Assembly: GCA_032128875.1 (NCBI GenBank)
Contig: JAVLKG010000006.1
Span: 128,001-192,000, forward strand
Reading direction: 5' to 3'
DNA: 64,000 nucleotides
Source of the DNA: Candidatus Melainabacteria bacterium 17Bon1m
Lineage (GTDB): Bacteria; Cyanobacteriota; Vampirovibrionia; Obscuribacterales; Obscuribacteraceae
A model generated the notes under the pieces. It had not been told where the DNA came from. It saw only the letters and a program-made list of their open reading frames with translations, and did not search any database. The position numbers and the translations under genes were made by a program. Shown in pieces: positions 50,424 to 58,547 of the stretch; position 1 is the stretch's first letter; each line of letters starts with the position of its first letter.

Positions 50424-50996
50424 TTAGTGTTTCTTCTTCGGCTTTTTGTCTTTGGTAGAACTAGCCTTTTTCTTCATCTCTTCGGCGCCGTAGTTATCTT
50501 CGGTCTTGATGCCATATTCGATGATTTTTGATTTGACGAAATCAAAGTCTTTCACCAGATCTTGAGTTTCGCGAGCCTTTGGCTCGAATTTGACTTTCAG
50601 GGGCACGAGGCGCTTGTAAGTCATATAAGCCAATCTCCACTCGCCTTGCGCGCGATAGATCTGGCTCAAATAACCCATTGCAGTAACTGACTGACCACTT
50701 TCAGGTCCGTATTTCGTATCTGCTTCTTTCAACGCTTTGCTGTAGCAGTCAATTGCGTTGGTGTAGTCGTTATTCTTCTTGTAGTCGTTGCCCATGACGA
50801 TCAAGCCCATGTAATTTTGCTTGGTTTCGCCTAGCCCTCCGCAAGCACCCAGTGCGAGCGACAGCGCGACAACTAGAGCAAACGCGAGCGGTCTGCGCGT
50901 TTTGATCTTTTGCAATCCACCCCAAGAGCCGCTTGTTGCGTGCTTTGTTTTTGACAGAGATTCTTGATCCATCCGGTTTCTCAGATCTGTTGGCAT
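50424..50996 (-). CDS. TPR-containing putative lipoprotein
   Basis: LGAC lipobox; MGNDYKKNNDYTNAIDCYSKAL TPR pattern. Confidence 0.75.
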   Translation of the reverse strand: MPTDLRNRMDQESLSKTKHATSGSWGGLQKIKTRRPLAFALVVALSLALGACGGLGETKQNYMGLIVMGNDYKKNNDYTNAIDCYSKALKEADTKYGPESGQSVTAMGYLSQIYRAQGEWRLAYMTYKRLVPLKVKFEPKARETQDLVKDFDFVKSKIIEYGIKTEDNYGAEEMKKKASSTKDKKPKKKH

Positions 50997-51085
50997 ATCC
51001 GCACAGGTTCCCTTCGCTAACGAAAAACTAGAGCAAGCTTATCAAGAGCAATACTCAATCTCCTCCGCGATTATAGCAGCGGCAA

Positions 51086-52429
51086 TCACGAACCAATTTT
51101 ATGGATCTGAGCATTTGTAAAGTAGTGAGCGAGAATCTCTCGGTAGTTTTTACCGAGCAGAGCCATGCCTTGAGCACCAGTTTGTTGGAGCCCTACACCG
51201 TGCCCCCAGCCCAACCCACGCACCGTTACGGCGCTTAGCAAACCAAGGCGATCGTGCTCATGTTCGAAGAAAATCTTTGCACTCTTGAGGCGTACCAGTT
51301 TTATCTCAGGGTTTCTAAATGTGCTTCTGATGACCAATTCCTTTTTTACCCGCCACTGACCATGCGATGTATGAATCGAAAGTTCGGTAGCCACCCCAGA
51401 GATGCCTCGTCCGGTCACTTCAAACTTTTGAATATGACCAAATTTCCCATCCTCAGGTGGTATCACAAATGGTGCCGTTTCCTGCTCTTTTGCCAGCATG
51501 GATAATTCATGGTGCATGTGTGCTTCCAGCGACTGCGCAGGCATGTGCACAGACCATTTGTAGTGCGGCGACCAACTGTCGAAAGTGGCGTGCTTTTGGC
51601 CATTCCAGCTGTCTTTTAAGCGCTTTTCAATTTCTTGAGCTGATACCTTGGGCTCAAACATTGGCGCATTTAGTTTTTCCGGCACGGCTTTCAAATATGG
51701 AATCGGTGCCGGCGGGAAAATGTTGGTCTTTGGATCGGAAAAACAGTCTTCGTAATTTGATGTATAACCACCGGCGTTCGAACTGAACAACGCCAAAATA
51801 GCCCGGGTGCCGTACTTCAGGATTTCGCTTGATGTCGCCTCAATCGCTTGAGTATGTTTTGCCGAACCGACTGCTTTATGACCGGCGAAATATTGGCAGC
51901 ACAAATACGAATCACAAACGTCCGCATTGTCTTTGTCATGGCTGATGCGCGGGTTGATGGCATACGTGCGAGCGGCAACTGCTTGAGCTTTGAGCGCTTC
52001 AATGTGATAGCTGGCAGGAATTTCGCTTTCCAAAACTCCCTTCAAATAAAGTTCAATATCAAGCACGAGGACTAGCCGGAGATGCCCGTTTTGAGGCGTG
52101 ATGTCTAGCTCGTAGCCGCGATACTCTGGGTGCTCCTGACCTTTTGCACGCGCGCGTTTGATTGAGTTTATAAAAGCAGAATGACCACTTTTGGTCATGT
52201 CGACAGCAACCCTGGAAGCTGTGAAATGCCCGCCACTTCCCGTAATTAAGACATCCAGGTCTTCGCCTTTCGGAGTAACTTTGAGTTGTTGTGCACCATT
52301 GAGAGTGAGCGTTTTTACGCGCTTTTCACTTTCGACTTGTACAGAAAGCCCCAAAGGTGAGGAAACGACAACCTGCTTATGCTCAAGGCTGGAAAGGTCT
52401 GTCGTGGTAAGGGCGACCCGTAACTTCAT
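51086..52429 (-). CDS. SpoIID/LytB-domain peptidoglycan lytic transglycosylase
   Basis: YLKGVLESEI...EALKAQAVAARTY, GLGWGHGVGLQQTGA...YREILAHYF. Confidence 0.93.
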   Translation of the reverse strand: MKLRVALTTTDLSSLEHKQVVVSSPLGLSVQVESEKRVKTLTLNGAQQLKVTPKGEDLDVLITGSGGHFTASRVAVDMTKSGHSAFINSIKRARAKGQEHPEYRGYELDITPQNGHLRLVLVLDIELYLKGVLESEIPASYHIEALKAQAVAARTYAINPRISHDKDNADVCDSYLCCQYFAGHKAVGSAKHTQAIEATSSEILKYGTRAILALFSSNAGGYTSNYEDCFSDPKTNIFPPAPIPYLKAVPEKLNAPMFEPKVSAQEIEKRLKDSWNGQKHATFDSWSPHYKWSVHMPAQSLEAHMHHELSMLAKEQETAPFVIPPEDGKFGHIQKFEVTGRGISGVATELSIHTSHGQWRVKKELVIRSTFRNPEIKLVRLKSAKIFFEHEHDRLGLLSAVTVRGLGWGHGVGLQQTGAQGMALLGKNYREILAHYFTNAQIHKIGS

Positions 52430-52495
52430 GAAAAAATAGAGCGCTTCCTATCGATATGTGGAGATCGCGCTTTGCTCGGTTGTATCTTTGAAAAG

Positions 52496-52581
52496 TGGCG
52501 GAGCAGGAGGGACTCGAACCCCCAACCCCTTTCGAGGCAGCCGCTTTCAAGGCGGTGTCTTCATCCAGCCAGGTCTGCTCC
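52496..52581 (-). tRNA. tRNA-Ser(UGA) with atypical D-arm
   Basis: GGAGCAG/CTGCTCC acceptor, G73-CCA, anticodon loop CTTGAAA, long variable arm, GGGGG-TTCGAGT-CCCTC T-arm. Confidence 0.85.
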
Positions 52582-52807
52582 ATAGCCAAGAACACTATTT
52601 TACTTTCTTCCGCCCGGAGTTCAATCACTGAAGCTCCAACATGTCGATAGATGCACGAATGAATAAGAATGTTTCGTATGTTTTCGATCAAACAGAAAGT
52701 TTTCAATAGCTAGGATGCTCAACAGTTCTGGCTATGAACCCTTGCCATTTGACTGAACTCGGACACTAAATACCACCTGTTGGAAACAATCGGATAAAGT
52801 TACATAG

Positions 52808-53647
52808 ATGGCAAAGTCTGGAAATATTGAACGGCTGGACACGATCGTCGTTGAGAGGGGACTCTTTGCGACGAAAGAATCCGCACGCACTGCAATCATG
52901 GAAGGCTTGGTACTTGTTGATGGACAACCGGTAACCAAGCCAGGTCACTCTGTGAAATCTCAGTCCAAGGTGGAGCTTTCACCGTCTTACCAGCCCCCTA
53001 AGTTCGTCAGCAGGGGTGGGTTGAAGTTGGAAAAGGCACTCGATGAGTTTCATATCGATCTTTCAAATAGAGTGTGTCTCGACATCGGCGCTTCTACCGG
53101 TGGTTTTACCGACTGCATGTTGAAGCGTGGCGCCAGTTATGTCTATGCTGTTGATGTCGGCTATGGGCAACTGGACTGGACTCTGAGGCAGAATGAGCGA
53201 GTCAAAGTGATGGAACGCGTCAATGCGCGCAATTTGACTCCAGCTATGTTGTATTCAGAAAGCGAAACAGCTGCGCGAGTTGATTTCGCGAGCATGGATG
53301 TTTCTTTCATATCAGCATTTAAAGTTTTGCCGTCGGTGCTGCAGTCGATGGACGAGAAGAAATCTGAGTTCGTCATTCTGGTCAAGCCGCAATTCGAAGC
53401 TGGGCGGCAGTTTGTAGGGCACGGAGGCGTTGTGCGTGACCCGGCTGTTCACCTTGATGTTTTGAATATGGCGAAAGAAAAGTCTACGGAATTAGGATTG
53501 CATGCTCAATCTGTTAGTTACTCTCCAATAAAAGGTCCAAAAGGAAACATCGAATTCTTGCTCCATCTTTCGCGTGAAAAAACGGCTGCAGATGCGGATC
53601 TTGCAGCCGTTGTTCAAAGAGCGCACTCCGAACTTACTGTTTTGTAA
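52808..53647 (+). CDS. tlyA: TlyA-family rRNA 2'-O-methyltransferase
   Basis: S4 domain RLD..., FVSRGGLKLEKAL, LDIGASTGGFTD, LVKPQFEAG, GPKGNIEFL. Confidence 0.96.
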   Translation: MAKSGNIERLDTIVVERGLFATKESARTAIMEGLVLVDGQPVTKPGHSVKSQSKVELSPSYQPPKFVSRGGLKLEKALDEFHIDLSNRVCLDIGASTGGFTDCMLKRGASYVYAVDVGYGQLDWTLRQNERVKVMERVNARNLTPAMLYSESETAARVDFASMDVSFISAFKVLPSVLQSMDEKKSEFVILVKPQFEAGRQFVGHGGVVRDPAVHLDVLNMAKEKSTELGLHAQSVSYSPIKGPKGNIEFLLHLSREKTAADADLAAVVQRAHSELTVL

Positions 53648-53685
53648 GGGTGCCGGGTGTGCCTCCCCTCCAGAACGAGAGTGAG

Positions 53686-54339
53686 CTACTGTTTTGTCAC
53701 ATCACGTTTGGCGGTGGCAGAAATCGTGACAATGACTGTATCTGCTAGCTTTTGGAAAACCACTTCCGGTCGCTTGATTTGGTGATCTTTGAACGGAACG
53801 TTGAATGTGCTCTTGATCTGAATCAGATCGCAGTCTTCAAACTTGCTTTTGGTGGTTTCGCAGTTCTTGTAGAAGGTCAGATCGACAGGCACTGTCTTTT
53901 TCACAGTGACTCCGTGCAGTGCGAAGTCTCCGGTCGCCTTGATAGTGACCTTTTGCTTGTCTTTCAAAACACCCGTCACGCCTGGCTGCGACTTGACTGT
54001 AAAGGTCGCTTTGGGAAATTTTTTGGTCTCCAGAAAATTGTCGCGCATGTGCTCGTTGCGCAGCGGGATTCCAGTGTCAATCGATGCGAGGTCAACGTCG
54101 AATGTCGCGGTGAATGGCTTGGAAAGATCCATTGATTCGTCGACGCTGATTTTGCCTTTTACTGCGCTTGTTTTGCCAACGATAAGCTCAATAGGAGCGT
54201 CGGACGTAAAGCTAATGGAGTCGCGCTTTTTCTCATCGTCGACAACAAAATTCAATTGCTTTGCATTGACTGATGTCGAAGCTACGCTCAGTGCGATTCC
54301 TGTCGCTGCGATGGCAGCGAAAAATACCTTGTTTTGCAT
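53686..54339 (-). CDS. YceI-family periplasmic polyisoprenoid-binding protein
   Basis: Signal peptide; VDLASIDTGIPLRNEHMR..FLETKKFPKATF, GDFALHGVTVK. Confidence 0.92.
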   Translation of the reverse strand: MQNKVFFAAIAATGIALSVASTSVNAKQLNFVVDDEKKRDSISFTSDAPIELIVGKTSAVKGKISVDESMDLSKPFTATFDVDLASIDTGIPLRNEHMRDNFLETKKFPKATFTVKSQPGVTGVLKDKQKVTIKATGDFALHGVTVKKTVPVDLTFYKNCETTKSKFEDCDLIQIKSTFNVPFKDHQIKRPEVVFQKLADTVIVTISATAKRDVTKQ

Positions 54340-54342
54340 GAT

Positions 54343-55149
54343 TTATTTACCCACTTTTCTGTCGCCCACAAACAAATTGATTTCATGGAATTGTTCGATC
54401 AATTCAATCAAGTCAGTCACTGCTGACTGGGGATTGCGCTCAGGATTCAGTTCTACACAGCGTTTTGCTAGTTGTCCATACGAGCTGACATCCGCTTCGG
54501 AAAGAAGAACCTGTGCATTGTCATCAAGTTCTACGATTCGTACACGGTGAGAAAACGGATCGCGATACATTGCAACGTGCGATTTTTCCGGCGCAAATTT
54601 TTTGCGGCTGCCTTTTCCCTCGTCAAGAAGGTCGACAATCTTTTGAATTGGATACTTATAAGTTTTTACTGCCAGAGTTGGATTCAAGACTGGACCAAGC
54701 GATACAAACGCTTCCGGATCGCTAAGCGGAGTCCTTTCAGTGACACTAACTGTAGTATCAACTTCAAGAAGCTCCATTTCCAGCCATTCGTAGTCGGCAA
54801 GCTCTGCAAGGTATGGACGCTTTTCTAGAAGGTCTGCGCAGTGCTCTCTTATGAATTGTGGAAACCGTCTTGCTGAGCTGTTTAAATGAAAGTGATCGGG
54901 TGGAAAAACGCTTACATATTTCTTGACCAGCTTTTCCCAACTGTTGCCCAGGAGCTCGGCGCAATATGGATAAATTGATGTCAGAACATCCTCATGTCCA
55001 TAGCCAATCAAGCGAGCGTAAAGCCGCGCACCATCAGCATCAAATTGATCTGATTCCAAAAGACAGCTAAGTGACTGAGCACTTTCGATCGGTTGTCTTT
55101 GCATCCAAACGGAGGTCAGTGTCTTTTCAATTTCATGCAGAGAGGACAC
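54343..55149 (-). CDS. DUF2063/HvfC/BufC-type MNIO partner protein
   Basis: LYARLI...LTSIYP...FPQFI...PYLAELADYEWLE; overlaps the DUF692 gene by 17 nt. Confidence 0.88.
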   Translation of the reverse strand: MSSLHEIEKTLTSVWMQRQPIESAQSLSCLLESDQFDADGARLYARLIGYGHEDVLTSIYPYCAELLGNSWEKLVKKYVSVFPPDHFHLNSSARRFPQFIREHCADLLEKRPYLAELADYEWLEMELLEVDTTVSVTERTPLSDPEAFVSLGPVLNPTLAVKTYKYPIQKIVDLLDEGKGSRKKFAPEKSHVAMYRDPFSHRVRIVELDDNAQVLLSEADVSSYGQLAKRCVELNPERNPQSAVTDLIELIEQFHEINLFVGDRKVGK

Positions 55150-56098
55150 GAGCGTGTTTTACCTCCGCCAAATCTCTATGACCTGCAGGTGCCGCTTTTC
55201 TATCAAAGTGTTTTGGAGCTGAAGCTGCTTTTGGAGGCATTCCTGATCTCCGCACTTGAGCTGCGGCGTCACTGATTGCGCGGATTCGGTCCACTTCCAT
55301 AAGTATTTCCTCGAATTCGGGGAAATTTTGATCGCGCTCCAGCATTACGCCTTTTGCTTCCACTCTTTCCAGTACGTATTGGAGTAGTTCGAACACCGGT
55401 TCAACAACAGCAGAACCGTGCGTATCAATTACATATTCGCTGCCCTGCTTGTGACCGGCAACGTGAATCTGAACGGTTCTTTCCAGCGGGATTTGATCTA
55501 AATATTGATATGGATCAAAGCCGTGATTGAGGCTGTTTACATAAACATTGTTGACGTCTAAAAGCAGCCCGCAATCTGCTTTTTCAGCGACTTCTGCAAG
55601 AAATTGCGAGTCATTCATCTCGCAACCGGGGACGTTCATGTAATAGGAAATGTTTTCGAGAAGAAACGGTCTGCCGATCGTTTCCTGCACTCGCTTTACC
55701 TTCTCAGCGATCAATTTGATCGCTTCTTTAGAGCGGGGCAGCGGCAACAAGTCGTGCATGTAAATGCCGTCGCAGCTCGTGAAGCAGAGATGATCGCTGA
55801 ACCAAGGTGCATCAATGAGGTCGAGCAATTTTTTCAGTTTGCTCAAATACTCACTGTTGAGGTCATCTGTGCTTCCGATAGATAGATTGATACCATGCGT
55901 GACTAGAGGGAACTTGTTACGCGCCGACTCGAGTCGTTCGCGGCAAGCCCCCCCTAGTCCCATATAGTTTTCTGGCACCAACTCTAGCCAGTCGATCCGG
56001 CTTTTGCTCTCCAGTGTTTGTGTTGCTAACTCTCTGCGCAAACCCAACCCAATACCAAGATTGGGAAGACGTTTTTTCGTGTCGAGAAAGTCAGGCAT
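55133..56098 (-). CDS. DUF692 multinuclear non-heme iron-dependent oxidase (MNIO; HvfB/BufB/MbnB family)
   Basis: GIGLGLR, WLELVPENY, HGINLSIG, WFSDHLCF, LLPLP, LLENISYY, LLLDVNNVYVN, QIHVAGH, IDTHG, LERD. Confidence 0.96.
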   Translation of the reverse strand: MPDFLDTKKRLPNLGIGLGLRRELATQTLESKSRIDWLELVPENYMGLGGACRERLESARNKFPLVTHGINLSIGSTDDLNSEYLSKLKKLLDLIDAPWFSDHLCFTSCDGIYMHDLLPLPRSKEAIKLIAEKVKRVQETIGRPFLLENISYYMNVPGCEMNDSQFLAEVAEKADCGLLLDVNNVYVNSLNHGFDPYQYLDQIPLERTVQIHVAGHKQGSEYVIDTHGSAVVEPVFELLQYVLERVEAKGVMLERDQNFPEFEEILMEVDRIRAISDAAAQVRRSGMPPKAASAPKHFDRKAAPAGHRDLAEVKHARVLSA

Positions 56099-56146
56099 AA
56101 CATCTCAGGCGAACTAAAGCTGAATCCGACTGGCAAAAAGCTGATG

Positions 56147-56181
56147 AAAAAATAGCGCCACACCAATAGTGAGCGCTATTT
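56147..56181 (-). terminator. Hairpin with U-tract between precursor gene and MNIO gene
   Basis: AAATAGCGC-TCAC-N7-GTG-GCGCTATTT-TTT on - strand, 1 nt after the precursor stop. Confidence 0.7.
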
Positions 56182-56182
56182 C

Positions 56183-56488
56183 TTACTTGGATTCTTTGCT
56201 TTTGCAGGCGCTTTCTTTGCCTTTGCAAGAGCTTTCTTTGCCTTTGCAGGATCCTTCTTTTCCTTTGCAGGATCCTTCTTTGCCTTTTTCTTTGCTCTTG
56301 CATGAGCTTTCTTTGCCCTTGCAGGAAGCTTCAGAGCCTTTTGCTTTCTTGGTGCTCTTTTCGGTCTTCTTTTCTACCTTTGTTGTTTCTTTGGTTTCGG
56401 TAGTTGTTTCATCAGCAGCGCGTGCGGCGCCGTTGAGGGTAAGTCCGAGTACTGCCAAGAGAGCAGCGGCCAATTGTGTTTTTTGCAT
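56183..56488 (-). CDS. Putative RiPP precursor 1: signal peptide plus six E-x-(S/A)-C-K-(G/S)-K repeats
   Basis: AARA-A signal peptidase site; EASCKGK, ESSCKSK, EGSCKGK x2, ESSCKGK, ESACKSK; GGAGG RBS; upstream of DUF692. Confidence 0.88.
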   Translation of the reverse strand: MQKTQLAAALLAVLGLTLNGAARAADETTTETKETTKVEKKTEKSTKKAKGSEASCKGKESSCKSKEKGKEGSCKGKEGSCKGKESSCKGKESACKSKESK

Positions 56489-56583
56489 GTTGTCCTCCCT
56501 GAACGTTTAGACAATGAACCCCAAGGGAGACAATCTCCCTATTCCTGGGCACATGTGGGTCATCCTAGGTCACTGTGATTAAC

Positions 56584-56608
56584 AAAAAGCCATTTGTATG
56601 TAATGGCT
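56584..56608 (-). terminator. Weak terminator-like hairpin between the two precursor genes
   Basis: AGCCATT-N7-AATGGCT-TTTT on - strand. Confidence 0.5.
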
Positions 56609-56674
56609 GTGTAAAATCGCAAACCCACTGAATACTACGGCTTAGCGGGTTTTAAGATTCTTCACAAAAGTGAG

Positions 56675-57040
56675 CTATTTCTTTTCGACCTTGGTCTCTT
56701 TCTTTACTTCGGTTTTGGAATGAGCTTCAGATGCTGCTTTTGCACCTTTCTCATCGGTTCCGCAAGAGCCTTTGCCGCATGCTGATTCTTTTCCAGCCTT
56801 CTTGGTGGTCTTTTCAGTAGCTTTTACAGTGGTTTTTGGAGCTTTCCCGTCTTCCTTGGTCGTGGTTTTTTCTTTGACTTTGGTAGTTACGGAATCCTTT
56901 TTATCGGACACTGTAGTGGTTTTGTCGGTAGTAGTCGCGCTCTTTGTTACTTCCTTATCCGCTGCCATTGCGGCGTTGGCGGTAACAAGACTGACTACCG
57001 CGGCAATGAGAGCCGCGTCGAATCTAGATTTTGCTTCCAT
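56675..57040 (-). CDS. Putative RiPP precursor 2: signal peptide, Lys/Thr-rich, KESACGKGSCG core
   Basis: AMA-A signal site; shares KESAC and KETxKVEKK-like segments with precursor 1; ORF open from 57100. Confidence 0.8.
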   Translation of the reverse strand: MEAKSRFDAALIAAVVSLVTANAAMAADKEVTKSATTTDKTTTVSDKKDSVTTKVKEKTTTKEDGKAPKTTVKATEKTTKKAGKESACGKGSCGTDEKGAKAASEAHSKTEVKKETKVEKK

Positions 57041-57235
57041 TTTTTTTGAACATCCTTCAAATGAGGGGTGTAATCTCGAACAAGAAATATTTACCAACAA
57101 GCTTGGGTTGAGTTCAACGGCATATTATTGACCGTTAAGAAATTCGCGCAAATTCGTTTGCTCAAGTCGCGGAATACATATATATAGGTACGAAACCACC
57201 GCGGTTGTCATTGGGGGGCTGGGAGAGAAGAGCTG

Positions 57236-57919
57236 ATGGCTGGAAATACTAAGTCTGCGCAACTGAATGTTTTGTATCTGCATGGATTTGGGTCATCGCC
57301 TACTTCGCAAAAAGCGATTCGCTTCAAATCGATGCTTGAAGATAATGGCGCGCAAGTTGAAATTCCAGATTTGAATTTTCCATCGTTTAGAGAGATGACT
57401 CTCGCTACTCAACTTGATCTTCTCGATAGCAAAATAGATCAACTGTCATCTGGTATTCCGCTTGTTCTCTTTGGATCAAGCATGGGCGGTTTGCTCGCAT
57501 CACTTCTTGCTGTGAAAAAGAAACCGATCGCAGCGCTTGTTCTTCTTGCTCCGGGATTTGGAATTGCAAGACGCTGGAAAGAGTTTGTCACAGCAGAAGA
57601 ATACGAAAAGTGGCAGAAGACCGGAGAGCATCACTTCTATCATCACGCGCATGACGCGCACATGCCTTTAGGATACGAATTCGCAAGAGTGATGGAGAGC
57701 ATGCAGACAGAAGATCTTTCTATTGAAGTTCCGTGTCTTGTCTTTCACGGAATGCACGATAAGACTGTGCCGGTAGAAGAGAGTAAAAAGTTTGCGAGTA
57801 TCAACAAGACAGTCGATCTCAGAATTCTTGATGACGATCATCAACTGCTGAACTCTGTAGAACACATGTTGGTCGAGTCAAAGCTGTTTTTGCAGTCCCA
57901 TCAACTCGTGCGAGCATGA
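57236..57919 (+). CDS. YqiA/YcfP-family alpha/beta hydrolase
   Basis: YLHGFGSSP, GSSMGG, FHGMHDKTVP, DDHQL. Confidence 0.92.
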   Translation: MAGNTKSAQLNVLYLHGFGSSPTSQKAIRFKSMLEDNGAQVEIPDLNFPSFREMTLATQLDLLDSKIDQLSSGIPLVLFGSSMGGLLASLLAVKKKPIAALVLLAPGFGIARRWKEFVTAEEYEKWQKTGEHHFYHHAHDAHMPLGYEFARVMESMQTEDLSIEVPCLVFHGMHDKTVPVEESKKFASINKTVDLRILDDDHQLLNSVEHMLVESKLFLQSHQLVRA

Positions 57920-57942
57920 ATATTATCGGCAGGTAATAAGAA

Positions 57943-57969
57943 AGAGGCACCGGTAAAACCGATGCCTCT
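57943..57969 (-). terminator. Terminator hairpin between esterase and histone-like gene
   Basis: AGAGGCATCGGT-TTT-ACCGGTGCCTCT-TTCTT on - strand. Confidence 0.7.
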
Positions 57970-58001
57970 CAATGGATTAGGTCTTATTTCCTTTCGGAAG
58001 C

Positions 58002-58547
58002 TTAGCCCATACCGCCTTCAGCTGCCGGAGCGGCTACTTTCTTTTTGGCGGTTGCTTTTTTCTTCTTTGCTGGTGCCTTTTTAGCGCCGGCTTTCTTTGC
58101 TGGGGCCTTTTTGGCTGCAGCTTTCTTGGCGGGTGCTTTCTTTGCTGCTGCTTTTTTCTTAGGAGCGGCTTTTTTGGCTGCAGCTTTTTTAGGAGCTGCT
58201 TTCTTTGCTGCTGCTTTCTTCTTAGGAGCGGCTTTCTTAGCTGCTTTCTTCGGAGCTGCTTTCTTAGCGGCTTTCTTAGGAGCAGCTTTCTTAGCAGTGG
58301 TCTTCTTAGCTGCAGCTTTCTTAGGAGCAGCCTTCTTCGCTGCTGCCTTCTTAGGAGCTGCTTTCTTAGCAGTAGTCTTCTTAGCTGCTTTCTTAGGAGC
58401 TGCTTTCTTAGCGGTTGCTTTCTTAGCGGTTCTCTTCTTAGCGGCTTTCTTCGGCTTAGCGGTTTCAGCGCCGGCTTCGTCGGCCATAGCTGCAGCTGGA
58501 TTTACTTTCTTAGCTGCTGCTTTTCTCTTCTTAGGTTTAGCTGCCAT
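58002..58547 (-). CDS. Histone H1-like Lys/Ala/Pro-rich nucleoid protein
   Basis: Many AKKAAPKK repeats; GGAGGAG RBS. Confidence 0.88.
   Translation of the reverse strand: MAAKPKKRKAAAKKVNPAAAMADEAGAETAKPKKAAKKRTAKKATAKKAAPKKAAKKTTAKKAAPKKAAAKKAAPKKAAAKKTTAKKAAPKKAAKKAAPKKAAKKAAPKKKAAAKKAAPKKAAAKKAAPKKKAAAKKAPAKKAAAKKAPAKKAGAKKAPAKKKKATAKKKVAAPAAEGGMG

Noticed and set aside
51086-52429. Sporulation system implied by SpoIID and SpoIVB domains
   Set aside because: Both domains are widespread in non-sporulating bacteria and no other spo genes are present
52496-52581. Selenocysteine tRNA (TCA visible on + strand)
   Set aside because: T-loop and CCA orient the gene on the - strand, giving anticodon TGA and a 7/5 fold
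56169-56510. + strand ORF with LPLQ repeats
   Set aside because: Antisense of the precursor's 21-nt repeats
57153-57178. ECF-sigma-like promoter GTATTC-N15-CGAA upstream of precursor 2
   Set aside because: Only loosely resembles ECF promoters and no cognate sigma gene is in the window
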